Program-made: the position numbers and the translations under genes
Part shown: positions 21,276 to 31,372 of the stretch, one piece after another
Layout of the letters: each line of letters opens with the position of its first letter
How positions within the stretch are numbered: the stretch's first letter is position 1
NCBI RefSeq assembly: GCF_028368995.1
Contig: NZ_JAQNDL010000001.1
Coordinates: 2,528,001 to 2,592,000 of the forward strand
DNA length: 64,000 nt
Source of the DNA: Nannocystis bainbridge
Lineage (GTDB): Bacteria > Myxococcota_A > Polyangia > Nannocystales > Nannocystaceae
Direction of reading: 5' to 3'
The notes under the pieces: generated by a model
Databases searched by the model: none
The model's input: the letters and a program-made list of their open reading frames with translations, nothing else
Told to the model about the DNA's origin: nothing

Positions 21276-21785
21276 ATGTCCCGCCGCGCCCTCACCGTCG
21301 TCCTCTGCGTCCTCGGCGTGCTGGTGCTCGTCCCCTTCTGCGGCTCGTTCACGCCGCGCGAGCACATCGCCATGGAGACCGTGGTGCTGCCGGCCGCGCC
21401 CGCGGTCGTCTACGCCGCGGTGCGCGACATCGAGTCGCAGCCGAGCTGGCGCTCCGACCTCCAGCGCGTCGAGCTCCTGCCCGACCAGGGTGACAACCGC
21501 GTCTACCGCGAGATCGGCGACGACGGCGTGAACACCTTCGAGGTCGCCGAGGACATCGCCGACGAGCGCATCAGCATCGTGATCGCCGACGTCGGCCGCG
21601 CCTTCTCGGGCCGGTGGATCTTCCAGTTCGCCCCGGCCGAGGGCGGCGGCACGCGCCTCACCCTCACCGAAGTCGGCGACGTGCCCAACCCGGCCCTGCG
21701 CTTCGTCGTCGGCACCCTGTTCGGCTTCGAGGGCGCGACCCGGCGCTACCTCGGCGACCTCGAGAGCCACCTCCGCAAGTCCTGA
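21276..21785 (+). CDS. SRPBCC/START-like (polyketide cyclase) family protein
   Basis: N-terminal TM; VYAAVRDIESQPSWR, FSGRWIFQFAP..GGTRLTLTE. Confidence 0.75.
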   Translation: MSRRALTVVLCVLGVLVLVPFCGSFTPREHIAMETVVLPAAPAVVYAAVRDIESQPSWRSDLQRVELLPDQGDNRVYREIGDDGVNTFEVAEDIADERISIVIADVGRAFSGRWIFQFAPAEGGGTRLTLTEVGDVPNPALRFVVGTLFGFEGATRRYLGDLESHLRKS

Positions 21786-21792
21786 GGCGCGC

Positions 21793-22092
21793 TCACAGCA
21801 GCGCCAACCGCTCGACCGGCACGCCGCAGCGGCGCGCCGTCGCCACCTCGAGCCGCACCCATCGTGACAGTCGGCTGTGCGGCGTGGCCACGTAGAGCAG
21901 GCGGTCGGCCGAGCGGACCCATTCGGCGATCGTGCGCTGCGCCGAGGTCGACCACCGCTGCGGATAGTCGAGGAACACGAATTCGTCGCACGCGCGCAGC
22001 CGCTCGAGGTGCGCTAGCGACAGCGGCAGGTCGCGGACCGCGTAGCTGATGAACGTGCGCCGGCGGTCGAACCGGCGGAGCGGGTTAAGCAT
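21793..22092 (-). CDS. small stand-alone TIR domain protein
   Basis: TFISYA, VFLD, VRSADRLLYVATPHSRLSRWVRLEV (TIR_2-type SxWVxxE catalytic Glu), GVPV. Confidence 0.75.
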   Translation of the reverse strand: MLNPLRRFDRRRTFISYAVRDLPLSLAHLERLRACDEFVFLDYPQRWSTSAQRTIAEWVRSADRLLYVATPHSRLSRWVRLEVATARRCGVPVERLALL

Positions 22093-22558
22093 GGTGCGTC
22101 AGCGCCAGGGCCACGAGCACGGCCACGCCGATGTAGAAGTAGAACAGCTGCGACGTGTTGAGCAGGCTCGACAGCACCGAGCCGACGGCGTCCTTCTCGA
22201 TGCCGAGCGGCGACACCGAGTTGCCGAGCCCGCGCGCCAGCCGGGCCCTGACGAGCGCCGCCGCGATCCCGCGCCGGGTCTTGCGCTGGTAGTAGTAGTT
22301 CTGCGCGTCGGCCAGCCAGAAGAACGCCAGCAGCGCCAGGCCCAGCACCGCGCACTCGATGAAGCGCAGGTCCTTGTCGGCCAGCCACACCACCAGCGCC
22401 GCGCACAGGGCCACGCACAGCTTCTTCAGCTCGAGGCACTTGCCGGCGAACTGCAGCGTCGCCGCGTGCAGTTGGTCGACCTCTTTCCACGCCACTTGCT
22501 CCTCGAACCGCCGCCGCTCGGCGGCATTCTCCACGGCGCGGGACGGCTCGGGCTTCAT
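22085..22558 (-). CDS. small multi-pass membrane protein upstream of TIR
   Basis: three hydrophobic segments; LELKKLC..FFWLADAQNYYYQRKTR; ATG overlaps the protease stop and its stop overlaps the TIR start. Confidence 0.7.
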   Translation of the reverse strand: MKPEPSRAVENAAERRRFEEQVAWKEVDQLHAATLQFAGKCLELKKLCVALCAALVVWLADKDLRFIECAVLGLALLAFFWLADAQNYYYQRKTRRGIAAALVRARLARGLGNSVSPLGIEKDAVGSVLSSLLNTSQLFYFYIGVAVLVALALTHHA

Positions 22559-23517
22559 CGGCGAGGAGACCGAGTCTGCCGCCTGCGCCGCGCGAACACC
22601 AGCAGCGGCAGCGCCCACGCCAGCGCCTCGCCCTGGCCCTCGCGCGAGATCGCACAGCCCTCGGCGGGCTCGGACATCACCAGACAGTCACCGTCGGGGC
22701 AGTCGCTCGGCAGCAGGTCGGCACCTGTCTCTTCGCGCAGCCAGGTCAGGATCGGGTACGGCACCCCGTACACGCTGTCGCCGGTGCCGCACGGGCGGAC
22801 CCCGCGGGACGTCACGCCCGCCAGCCGGTACGCGCCGCTCGCCAGGCGCACGAACGCCGGCCCGCCCGAGTCGCCGCCGCACGCGTCCTGGCCCTCGCCG
22901 CCGGCCCGGAACTCGCGCCGGCTCTTGCTGAACGTGTCGATCGGCGTGGTCATGATCCGCTTGTGACCGACGTCGGCGGTGGTCTGCAGCGGGTCGTCCT
23001 CGGCGTCGCGCACGACCCCGAAGCCGACGACGTGGATCTCGTCGCCGACGTGCATCGTCTCGTCCCACTCCTCTTGCGTGGTGAGCGGCGGCACCAGGGG
23101 GACCCCATACACGTCCTGGGCCAGGATCACGTAGCCGAAGTCCCACGCGTCCGACTTGCAGTTCTCGACGCAGGCCGTCGGGTAGGTGCCGTAGCGCTCG
23201 ACCCCGGCGATGCGCCGCTCGTCCTGGGTGTAGATCGAGTCGCCGAAGACCACCGCCATCTCCTCGAGCTTCGGCTCGTGGGTGAGGCAGTGAGCCGCCG
23301 TCAGCACCACCCGCGGGGCCACCAGCGTGCCGGTGCACAGGCTCGCGGTCGTGATCGTGTCCTGGCTGAGGATCGCCACCACCGACGTCCACTCGTCGAC
23401 CGGCACCTCCTCGCCGCCGACGATCGGCACCGGCCGCGGCGCCCCCGCGCCGAGCGGCAGTCCGCACAGGACGGAGACCAGCGCCGCGGTCGAACCTGCG
23501 AACATGGGCGCCAGCAT
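22555..23517 (-). CDS. secreted trypsin-like (S1) serine protease with MYXO-CTERM-like tail
   Basis: IVGG, VLTAAHC, DFG, CGGDSGGP; tail GCAIS..WALPLLVFARRRR; start 23517 or 23505. Confidence 0.88.
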   Translation of the reverse strand: MLAPMFAGSTAALVSVLCGLPLGAGAPRPVPIVGGEEVPVDEWTSVVAILSQDTITTASLCTGTLVAPRVVLTAAHCLTHEPKLEEMAVVFGDSIYTQDERRIAGVERYGTYPTACVENCKSDAWDFGYVILAQDVYGVPLVPPLTTQEEWDETMHVGDEIHVVGFGVVRDAEDDPLQTTADVGHKRIMTTPIDTFSKSRREFRAGGEGQDACGGDSGGPAFVRLASGAYRLAGVTSRGVRPCGTGDSVYGVPYPILTWLREETGADLLPSDCPDGDCLVMSEPAEGCAISREGQGEALAWALPLLVFARRRRQTRSPRR

Positions 23518-23623
23518 ATCACTGCAACATCGTCCGCGCCCGCGCGCCGACGTCCGGGTTCCGACCGGCCCTTGCGGGCGGCCCCGCCCGCGGGTACTAG
23601 CCTTGACTCCAAGGAGCGTCCCC

Positions 23624-24112
23624 ATGACCGTCGCCGTCGGCAGCCCCGCCCCCACCTTCGATCTCTTCGACAACGCCAAGCAGCGCGTCACCCTCGCCGC
23701 CCAGCGCGGCAAGACCGTCGTGCTCGCGTTCTTCCCGGCCGCCTTCACCGCCGTCTGCGAGAAGGAGCTGTGCTCCTTCCGTGACTCGCTGACCGCCCTC
23801 AACGACCTCAACGCCGCCGTGTTCGGCGTCTCGGTCGACGCGCCGTTCTCCAACAAGGCGTTCGCCGAGCGCAACGGCCTCAACTTCCCGCTGCTGTCCG
23901 ACTACGCCCGCGAGGCCGTGCGCGCCTTCGGCGTCGCCCACGACGACTTCGCCGGCATGCCCGGCTACACCGCCGCCAAGCGCTCGGTGTTCGTGATCGA
24001 CCCCGAGGGCGTGGTCCGCTACGCGTGGGTCGCCCCCAACCCCGGCGTCGAGCCCAACTACGACGAGGTCAAGGCCGCCGTCTCGCAGATCGGCGCAGGC
24101 TCGGCTTCCTGA
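23624..24112 (+). CDS. peroxiredoxin (AhpC/TSA, AhpE/BCP-like)
   Basis: RBS aaggag; FFPAAFTAVCEKELC; FPLLSD; KRSVFVID. Confidence 0.9.
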   Translation: MTVAVGSPAPTFDLFDNAKQRVTLAAQRGKTVVLAFFPAAFTAVCEKELCSFRDSLTALNDLNAAVFGVSVDAPFSNKAFAERNGLNFPLLSDYAREAVRAFGVAHDDFAGMPGYTAAKRSVFVIDPEGVVRYAWVAPNPGVEPNYDEVKAAVSQIGAGSAS

Positions 24113-24166
24113 GCGCTCGCCCGGCTCGCCGGCCGCCACCCGCCCGCGGGCGGCGATCGACCTCGC

Positions 24167-24194
24167 AGCCCGCGGCCGCGCCGCGGGCTTTTTT
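24167..24194 (+). terminator. Rho-independent terminator
   Basis: agcccgcgg-ccgcg-ccgcgggct followed by a T run. Confidence 0.85.
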
Positions 24195-24197
24195 ATG

Positions 24198-24239
24198 TGG
24201 CACTTCAGACATGTCGCTTTGGACATGTCCATTCAAACA
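24198..24239. repeat. Three-unit 14-bp array immediately after the terminator
   Basis: tggcacttcagaca/tgtcgctttggaca/tgtccattcaaaca. Confidence 0.8.
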
Positions 24240-24352
24240 TGTCATGCCGCTCGCTCGCGGCGTGGGCGGTCGCCCGACCCGCGTCGGTGAACGCGCGCGA
24301 CCACACGCGAGTCGCACGCCAGCCCGCGCGCGGCTCGGAGTAAAGTGCCGGG

Positions 24353-26044
24353 ATGAGCGCCCGTATCGTCGCCGCCCGGCCGTGCGCGCCGCAGTCCGCC
24401 GCAGCGCCCCCGTCGCGCCGTGAAGCCGACCCGCCGGGCGCCCCGCAGCCCGCCCTGCCCCGCACGCGCACGCGGCCGCGCCGGCGAGCGAGCCCACCGA
24501 GCAGCTCGCCGGCCGTCTTGCTGGCCGCCCTCGCGCTCGCGCCCGCCTGCTTCAGCGACGACGGCTACCACCCGGCCGGCGCCACCGCGCTCACCACCGA
24601 CGCCGACGCCACCAGCACCACGACCACCACCGGCACCACCGGCCCCGAGCCGCCCGCGACCACCACCAGCACCACCGGCGAGCCGGCGCCGGTGTGCGGC
24701 GACGGCGTCGTCGACCCCGACGAGGACTGCGACGACGGCAATCGCGACGACGGCGACGCCTGCCTCGCGACCTGCGTCGCGGCCGGCTGCGGCGACGGCG
24801 AGGTGTGGCTCGGCGTCGAGGCCTGCGACCAGGGCGCGGCCAACCATCCGACCGCGCCCGACACCTGCAGGCCGACCTGCGAGCTGCCCGCGTGCGGCGA
24901 CGGCGGCCTCTACGTCGGCCCGCTCGGCCCCGACATCGAGGTGCCCACCGGCGAGGAGGCGATCGGCGACGGCGACGACGCCCCGCGGATCCTCGGCGCC
25001 GCCGCCGACGGCAGCTTCGTCGTCGCCTGGCGCGTCACCAACATCGTCGCCAGGGTCCAGGCCCGCCGCGTCGATCCGTCCGGCGAGCCGCTCGGCGAGG
25101 TGATCGAGCTGGTCGAGCAGCCGTTCCTGCAGGTCCGCGACCCCGTCGTCGCGGCCCTGCCGAACGGCGACTTCGCGGTCGCCTGGCAGTCGCAGTTCGA
25201 GGATCCGCAGCTGCTGGTCCGCGGCGTCGCGGCCGACGAGCTCGCGCCCGCCTTCAAGCTCACCAACCGCGTCGCCGCCTCGCCCGCGCTCGCCCTCGAT
25301 CCGTCCGGCGCCCTGATCGCGGCCTACCGCGCCGGCGGCACCAAGCAGACGACCCAGATCTACCTGCGCCGCTTCCCGCTGTTCACCGAGTCCGGGAGCC
25401 CGGACGAGCAGGCGATCAGCGAGCACACCGCGGGCGCCGCCGGCTCGCCGACGATCGCGGTCCACCCCGACGGCAGCTTCCTGGTGGCCTGGAGCGACCC
25501 CGAGGGCGCGATCGTCTATCGCCGCTTCACCCCCGACCTGGTCGCCGGGCCGCTGGTCCCCACCGGCCTCCACGTCGGCGGCGGCACCAGCAACAGCGCC
25601 CTGCCGTGGATCGGCGCCGCCTTCCAGCCGACCACCGGGACCGCCGTGATCGCCGGCCGCGACCCCGACGACAGGCTCGTGCTGCAGCAGTTCGACCCCG
25701 GCGACCTCGCCCGCGGCCGCGTCCAGGTCGACGACCTGGACGCTTTGTACATCCCCTTCGTCGACGTCGCCAGCGACCCGTGGGGCAACCTCGCCGTCGC
25801 CTGGTCGACCTGCGGCGGGCCCGAGGAGGTCGAGCCGAATTGCGCCGACCTGGCCTCGGTGTCCTCGTTCCGGTGGTTCTACGCCGACCTGACCCCGCAG
25901 GGCCCGGCCGCCGTGGTCACCACCCGCGAGGGCATGCCCCACCCGCTGTCGCTCGCCGTCGCCGCCACCGGCGCCGCCGCGGTCGCCCGCGTCGAGGACA
26001 ACAAGGTCCTCCTCAACATGTCCCCGGTGCAATGTCCTCCATGA
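24353..26044 (+). CDS. myxobacterial Cys-rich (DUF4215-type) lipoprotein, paralogue 1
   Basis: LAPA-C lipobox, Thr-rich linker, CGDGVVDPDEDCDDGN repeats; true start uncertain. Confidence 0.8.
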   Translation: MSARIVAARPCAPQSAAAPPSRREADPPGAPQPALPRTRTRPRRRASPPSSSPAVLLAALALAPACFSDDGYHPAGATALTTDADATSTTTTTGTTGPEPPATTTSTTGEPAPVCGDGVVDPDEDCDDGNRDDGDACLATCVAAGCGDGEVWLGVEACDQGAANHPTAPDTCRPTCELPACGDGGLYVGPLGPDIEVPTGEEAIGDGDDAPRILGAAADGSFVVAWRVTNIVARVQARRVDPSGEPLGEVIELVEQPFLQVRDPVVAALPNGDFAVAWQSQFEDPQLLVRGVAADELAPAFKLTNRVAASPALALDPSGALIAAYRAGGTKQTTQIYLRRFPLFTESGSPDEQAISEHTAGAAGSPTIAVHPDGSFLVAWSDPEGAIVYRRFTPDLVAGPLVPTGLHVGGGTSNSALPWIGAAFQPTTGTAVIAGRDPDDRLVLQQFDPGDLARGRVQVDDLDALYIPFVDVASDPWGNLAVAWSTCGGPEEVEPNCADLASVSSFRWFYADLTPQGPAAVVTTREGMPHPLSLAVAATGAAAVARVEDNKVLLNMSPVQCPP

Positions 26045-26102
26045 CATGTTCTCGTGGACATGTCGCATGGAACATGCGCCGATAGACATGTCTTAAAGGG
26101 CA
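26005..26102. repeat. Seven-unit 14-bp array crossing a stop codon
   Basis: ggtcctcctcaaca/tgtccccggtgcaa/tgtcctccatgaca/tgttctcgtggaca/tgtcgcatggaaca/tgcgccgatagaca/tgtcttaaagggca. Confidence 0.85.
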
Positions 26103-26257
26103 TAACGTGGCGCTCGCTGCTGACTTCGACGCCCCACGGCCCCGCCTGACCTCACGAGCCGCCGAGCCTGCGGCCCACATGCCCCAAAGAACATGTCCCT
26201 CTCGCCACACGTGCGCGCCCGCAGACACGCGGGGCGGACCGCGGTAGACTGATTCGC

Positions 26258-27817
26258 ATGTCGACCCGGGCGATCGCCGGAGCTGGAGCGCTGGTCCTCG
26301 CCTGCGCCGCCGCGGCCTGCTTCAGCGACGGCGGCCTGCACACCAGCGGCTCCCCGTCGACGACCTCGACCTCGAGCACCTCGACCGCCACCACCGCGGA
26401 CGAGCCCACCTCGAGCACCACGACCACGACTTCCACCGGCGAGCCCCTGCCCATCTGCGGCGACGGCCAGCTCGATCCGGGCGAGCCGTGCGACGACGGT
26501 AACCGCGACGACGGCGACGCCTGCCGCAACGACTGCACCCTCGCCGCTTGCGGCGACGGCGTGGTCCAGCGCGGCGTCGAGCAGTGCGACGACGGGCCCG
26601 ACAACCACCCGGGCGAGCCGGACGCCTGTCGACCCGACTGTCACAAGCCCGCCTGCGGCGACGGGGCGCTGTACGTCGGCCCGCTCGGCCCGCCGGTGAT
26701 CGCCGCCAGCGAAGGTAGCGTCGCCCAGAGCGACGACGCCCCGCGGGCCATCGGCGTCGACGCCGGCGGCACCTTCTCGGTCGCGTGGCGCGTCGAAGGG
26801 CCGATCGATCGCCTCGACGTCCAGACCGTCGGCGCCGACGGCAGCCTCGTCGGCGAGCCGCTCGACCTCGCCGATCCGCCGACCCAGCTCGTCCGCGATC
26901 CGGTGATCGCCGTGGCCCCGGGCGGCGATCTGGCGCTCGCGTGGGAGATCGGCGCCAACGCGGGCGACATCCTCGTGCGCGGCGTCGTCGCCGGCGTCGC
27001 CGAGCCCGGCCTCAACGCGCTCGACGTCACCGGCCCGGCGCAGGTGTCGCCGGCGATCGCCCTCGACGACGTCGGCCGGCTGACCCTCGCCTACGTCGAC
27101 GAATTCGAGTCCGACCTCGCCCACATCTTCGTGCGCCGGCTCGCCAACTTCGATCCCACCGCCCCGCCCGAGCTTCCGATCAGCGAGCACGCGCTCGGCG
27201 TCCCCGGGGCGCCCAGCGTCGCCGCCTGGCCCGACGGCGGCTTCGTGGTCGCCTGGGGCGATCCCGGCGGCGCCATCGTCTACCGCCGCTTCGCCGTCGA
27301 CGGCACCTCTGGCCCCGTCGTCGCCAGCGACCTCCGGACCGGCGGGATCGCCCTCGCGGGCAGCGCCAGCCCGTGGAGCGGCCTCGCGGTGACACCCGAT
27401 CTGCAGATCGTGATCGGCGGTGTCGGCGTCGACGCTCGCGTCTCCTTGCAGACCTTCGACCTCGCCGACGTCCCCGGCGCGATCGTCCCGGTCGCCGACA
27501 CGCCGCGGATGCACGCCCCGTTCATCGACCTCGGCAGCGACGCGTCGGGCAACCTCGCCGTCGCCTGGGCCGAGTGCGGCGACGCCGAAGCGCCTGCCGC
27601 GGAGGACTGCAGCGGCCTCGCCTCCGATCTGCGGCTGCGATGGTTCCGCGCCGACCTCACCCCGCACACCGCGGTGACCGCCGTGCACACCGCTGAGACC
27701 GGCGGCCCGCCCGCGATCGGCCTCGCGGTCGCGCCCTCGGGGATCACCGGCGTCACCTACCTCGACGGCGGCGCCGTCGTCGTCCGCGTCGCCGGCTTGC
27801 AATGTCCGGCCCCGTGA
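26258..27817 (+). CDS. myxobacterial Cys-rich (DUF4215-type) lipoprotein, paralogue 2
   Basis: [24 protein letters not shown]; colinear with 24353-26044. Confidence 0.82.
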   Translation: MSTRAIAGAGALVLACAAAACFSDGGLHTSGSPSTTSTSSTSTATTADEPTSSTTTTTSTGEPLPICGDGQLDPGEPCDDGNRDDGDACRNDCTLAACGDGVVQRGVEQCDDGPDNHPGEPDACRPDCHKPACGDGALYVGPLGPPVIAASEGSVAQSDDAPRAIGVDAGGTFSVAWRVEGPIDRLDVQTVGADGSLVGEPLDLADPPTQLVRDPVIAVAPGGDLALAWEIGANAGDILVRGVVAGVAEPGLNALDVTGPAQVSPAIALDDVGRLTLAYVDEFESDLAHIFVRRLANFDPTAPPELPISEHALGVPGAPSVAAWPDGGFVVAWGDPGGAIVYRRFAVDGTSGPVVASDLRTGGIALAGSASPWSGLAVTPDLQIVIGGVGVDARVSLQTFDLADVPGAIVPVADTPRMHAPFIDLGSDASGNLAVAWAECGDAEAPAAEDCSGLASDLRLRWFRADLTPHTAVTAVHTAETGGPPAIGLAVAPSGITGVTYLDGGAVVVRVAGLQCPAP

Positions 27818-27842
27818 TACCGTCCCGCCTCCACGCCGATCG

Positions 27843-28859
27843 ATGCACGCGGGCCGTCATTATCCCCTCAAACACGTCCTCCTGTGGACCCGGCGCGAGA
27901 CCTTCGCCTTCGCCGTCATCGCCACCGTACCGACCATCTTCTACAGCGCCGGCTGGCACTGGCTCACCATCCCCTGGCTGCCGATCGCCCTCATCGGCAC
28001 CGCCGTCGCCTTCATCACCGGCTTCAAGAACAACGCCTCTTACGGGCGGCTGTGGGAGGCCCGGCAGATCTGGGGCGGCATCGTCAACACCAGCCGCTCG
28101 TTCACCATCATGGCCTGCGACTACCTGCTCCAAGAGCCAGGTGATGCAGATCCCTCCCTCGACCTCCGGGCCGTGCGCGACGGCCTCGTCGCCCGCCACA
28201 TCGCCTGGCTGACCGCCCTGCGGTTTCAGCTGCGCGAGCCGCGGGCATGGGAGAACATCGGCCTGATCCACAACGCCGAGTACCGTCGGCACTACCAGAT
28301 CCCCGAGCGCGACAGCGACTACCTCGGCATCGAGCTCGGCAAGCTGCTGACCCCGACCGACTGCGCCGCGATCCTCGGGACCAAGAACCCGGCCGCGCAG
28401 CTGCTGGCGCAGCAGTCGCACGCGCTCCGGGCCCTGCGCGAGCGCGGCCTCCTGTCCGACTACCGCCACGTCGCCCTCACCGAGGCGCTGGTCGAGCTCT
28501 ACGAGCACCAGGGCAAGTGCGAGCGGATCAAGAACTTCCCATACCCGCGCCAGTTCGCCACCCTGAACCTGCTGTTCGTGTGGCTGTTCATCATCCTGGT
28601 CCCGCTCGGCCTGCTGCAGGAGTTCCAGAAGCTCGGCGACGAATTCGTGTGGCTGACGATCCCGGCCGGCGTCGTCGTCGCGTGGGTGTTCCACACCATG
28701 GACAAGATCGGCGAGAGCTCGGAGAACCCGTTCGAGGGCGGCCCCAACGATGTCCCGATCACCGCCATCGCCCGCGCCATCGAGGTCGACCTGCGCGAGA
28801 TGCTGGGTCAGAAGGACATCCCGCCGCTGCTGCAGCCCCGCGGTGAGATCTTGATGTAA
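27843..28859 (+). CDS. bestrophin-like (YneE/UPF0187) ion channel protein
   Basis: GFKNNASYGRLWEARQIWG, CERIKNFPYP, ENPFEG..NDVPIT. Confidence 0.88.
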   Translation: MHAGRHYPLKHVLLWTRRETFAFAVIATVPTIFYSAGWHWLTIPWLPIALIGTAVAFITGFKNNASYGRLWEARQIWGGIVNTSRSFTIMACDYLLQEPGDADPSLDLRAVRDGLVARHIAWLTALRFQLREPRAWENIGLIHNAEYRRHYQIPERDSDYLGIELGKLLTPTDCAAILGTKNPAAQLLAQQSHALRALRERGLLSDYRHVALTEALVELYEHQGKCERIKNFPYPRQFATLNLLFVWLFIILVPLGLLQEFQKLGDEFVWLTIPAGVVVAWVFHTMDKIGESSENPFEGGPNDVPITAIARAIEVDLREMLGQKDIPPLLQPRGEILM

Positions 28860-28897
28860 TTTTTACAATGGTAGGACCTGTCCCGAAGGACCTATCT

Positions 28898-29374
28898 TTA
28901 CACCAGCAGATCTGGGTCGTCGGGGAACAGGCGCGCGGCGATGGCGGCGGCCCGCGACGACTCGCGCGGCAGGTCGAACACCATCACCTCGGCCTCGCTG
29001 ACCGCGATCGACCACACCAGGCGCTCGTCCCCGCAATAGGCGCGGAGCAGCTCCTCGTGGCGGCTGCCGGCCAGGTCGGCCAGGCTGGGCTCGGCGGCCT
29101 TGCTGAGGCGGTCGACCAGATAGGCGCGCACGCTCGACCAGATGCCCTTGTAACCGCGCTCGGCGGCGTCGAGCAGGCGCGCCTCGGTGGTCCCGAGCGC
29201 CAGCGCCAGCCGCTCACGGAAATCGACCGGGGCGTCGGCCGGCGGCGGTGTCACGACCTCGACATCGATCGGCACCTCGAAATCGCTGTCCTGCTGGGCC
29301 AGCCGGCGTAGCAAGATCGGCGCCGAAGGGGTGCGTTCGCGTCGCATGGGGGGTTGGCGGTGCATCGGTTCCAT
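28898..29374 (-). CDS. hypothetical protein
   Basis: GGAGAGG upstream of ATG 29374; coding-like composition. Confidence 0.6.
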   Translation of the reverse strand: MEPMHRQPPMRRERTPSAPILLRRLAQQDSDFEVPIDVEVVTPPPADAPVDFRERLALALGTTEARLLDAAERGYKGIWSSVRAYLVDRLSKAAEPSLADLAGSRHEELLRAYCGDERLVWSIAVSEAEVMVFDLPRESSRAAAIAARLFPDDPDLLV

Positions 29375-29696
29375 CGCTGCTTCCTCTCCGGTCCGCGGAC
29401 GACTGTCCCGCGCGGGCTGCATGTCCATGCAATGATCCATTTCCCGGTGCGAGCAATGAGCAATCAGCGCGTTCGCGCGACCCGGCGCGCCCGCGATCGC
29501 GGCCGCCCGCGGCCGTTCGCCGGCGATCGCCGTTCGCACGCCGCTCCTGCCCGGTGCGAGTCGCGCACGCCGGAGCACCGGTGTGACGCGTCGCGCCTGG
29601 CCCGCCGCACGCGAAGGCCGCGAAGCCCGGGTCACCCCCGTGCATTCGCGGCCAATCGTCGGACCGTATGCGACGTTTCTCTGCGCCCCGCCGCGA

Positions 29697-30749
29697 TCAC
29701 AGCCGGCGACGCGGACGATCCTTGCGCAGCCGCGGCCCGGAGGCGCGACGAGCCAGCTCGTCCATGAAGCCGACATCGTCGAGGTCCGGCACGCGCGTGC
29801 GGATCTGCGACATCAGCTCCTCGACGTCGGGCTTGTCGCTGCCGCGGTGGAGCTCGTCGACCAGGCTGAGCAAGAGCCGCTCGGAGCGGGCGCGGTCGGC
29901 CTCGATCCGGCGCCGCAGCACCGACGAGCGGACCACCAGGGCGATCACGATCGCCAGCGCGAAGCCCAGCACCCAGGCGATGATCTGGCTGATCTGGATG
30001 CCCTTGTGCAGCGTGTGCTCGAGCCGGTTCCACAGCGAATCCTCGAACTGACCGAGATCGCGCCGGACCTGGAGCTCGGACAGCGCGTCGGCGGCGCCGA
30101 GCACGAGCTGCTTGCTCGCCTCACGCGACACGATGCTCACCACCGGCACCAGCTCGTCGCGCAGCGCCGCGCGCAGGGCCGGGGCCAGGTCCGCGCGCAC
30201 CATCTTCGCCATGCCCGGGCCCAGGTCCTGCTCCATCACCTTGCGCAGCGCCGGGCCGAGGTCGTCCGACAGGCCCTTGCCAGCCGACTGCGTCAGCGCC
30301 GTGACCGTCGAGCGCGTCAACGCGTCGACCATCGCGCTCGCCTCCTGGCGCGTCTTCGGCGACAGCGCGGTGTCGATGTTCTCGCGGATCGTCGCCGCCA
30401 GCGCCGGGCTGATCTGCTCGCGCAGGCTGGTGCTCGCGGCCTTGGCCATCGCGTCGAGGTAGCGGCTGCTCGCCTGGCGCAGCGCCGCCTGCCGCTGCTC
30501 GTCGGTGAGCCCGTCCAGCGCCCCACCGACCAGCGTCGCCGTCAGCTCGCGGCTCGCGGCCTGGAGCTGCGGGTCCTTCAGCAGCTTCTGGATCCGCGCC
30601 TGCGAGTCCGGGTCCTCGAGGAACCCCACTGTCTCGTCCAGCGTCGCCGGTACTGCCGTGCGGACCACTCCTTCGGCGGTGATACAGCCGGGAGCCGCGG
30701 AGACCAGGAGAGCGATCAGAGAGACGCCGCGCAGGTTGATGGGTCGCAT
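29697..30749 (-). CDS. helical lipoprotein-like protein with C-terminal TM
   Basis: signal ending AAPG-C; amphipathic helical repeats; TM IIAWVLGFALAIVIALVV. Confidence 0.7.
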   Translation of the reverse strand: MRPINLRGVSLIALLVSAAPGCITAEGVVRTAVPATLDETVGFLEDPDSQARIQKLLKDPQLQAASRELTATLVGGALDGLTDEQRQAALRQASSRYLDAMAKAASTSLREQISPALAATIRENIDTALSPKTRQEASAMVDALTRSTVTALTQSAGKGLSDDLGPALRKVMEQDLGPGMAKMVRADLAPALRAALRDELVPVVSIVSREASKQLVLGAADALSELQVRRDLGQFEDSLWNRLEHTLHKGIQISQIIAWVLGFALAIVIALVVRSSVLRRRIEADRARSERLLLSLVDELHRGSDKPDVEELMSQIRTRVPDLDDVGFMDELARRASGPRLRKDRPRRRL

Positions 30750-31030
30750 GCGAGAGCCATGGACAGCTTCGCGTCGCGAGCCAGCGCCCGATGCATCGGA
30801 CCCGCTGCAGGCCCGAGGCCACGCCCGGCGAAACCCCGGAAAGCGGGCCGCGAGCGCCCGATCCGGCCGTCACCAGCGAGCGCGCGTCGTGGCCTCAAGA
30901 TCCCATAAGAAGCCTGCTTGGCGGAAGATGCGCGGCAGTTTTCATCGCGAATCGACCTCGTCGCTTGACACGGTCCGCACCTCGATCACGGTTCCGTTGG
31001 GAGCCGCAAGGCCCCGAATGGAGGTCCACC

Positions 31031-31183
31031 GTGCTTTACTGGTCCATCGTCTTCTTCATCGTCGCCCTCGTCGCCGCCATCTTCGGCTTCGGTGGCCTGG
31101 CCGCCGAGACCGCCTACATCGCCAAGATCCTGGCGTTCATCGGCCTCATCCTCGCCGTCGTCACCTTCGTGATGCGCCGCTGA
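31031..31183 (+). CDS. DUF1328 (YtjA-like) small membrane protein
   Basis: GGAGG RBS; MLYWSIVFFIVALVAAIFGFGGLA...IAKIL. Confidence 0.88.
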   Translation: MLYWSIVFFIVALVAAIFGFGGLAAETAYIAKILAFIGLILAVVTFVMRR

Positions 31184-31204
31184 TTCGAGCGCGACTGTTC
31201 AACC

Positions 31205-31364
31205 TGTCCCGCGGGACAGCTCGCCTCGCCGACCCCGCGAGGCTCGAGTTGTCCCGCAGGCCCCCTCGCCGCGGAGCCGTGACTCACGACTCCGCGCTCG
31301 TCATTTCCGGCGCGCCGCCGCGCCGTCGCTACCACCGGTCCCAGAGGACATGTCCCGCAGGACA
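31205..31364. repeat. 14-bp palindrome sites between convergent genes
   Basis: single site 31205-31218; tandem pair ggtcccagaggaca/tgtcccgcaggaca at 31337-31364. Confidence 0.75.
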
Positions 31365-31372
31365 GGCTCGCC

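Noticed and set aside
26005-26102. 14-bp arrays read as mini-CRISPRs (GACATGTC repeat plus 6-nt spacer)
   Set aside because: Repeat and spacer are far too short, repeats are degenerate, no cas genes are present, and the unit also occurs singly inside genes
30915-30940. Possible sigma-54 promoter upstream of the DUF1328 gene
   Set aside because: Only GG-N10-GC spacing matches; it lacks TGGCAC and TTGC, so a chance match is likely at this GC content
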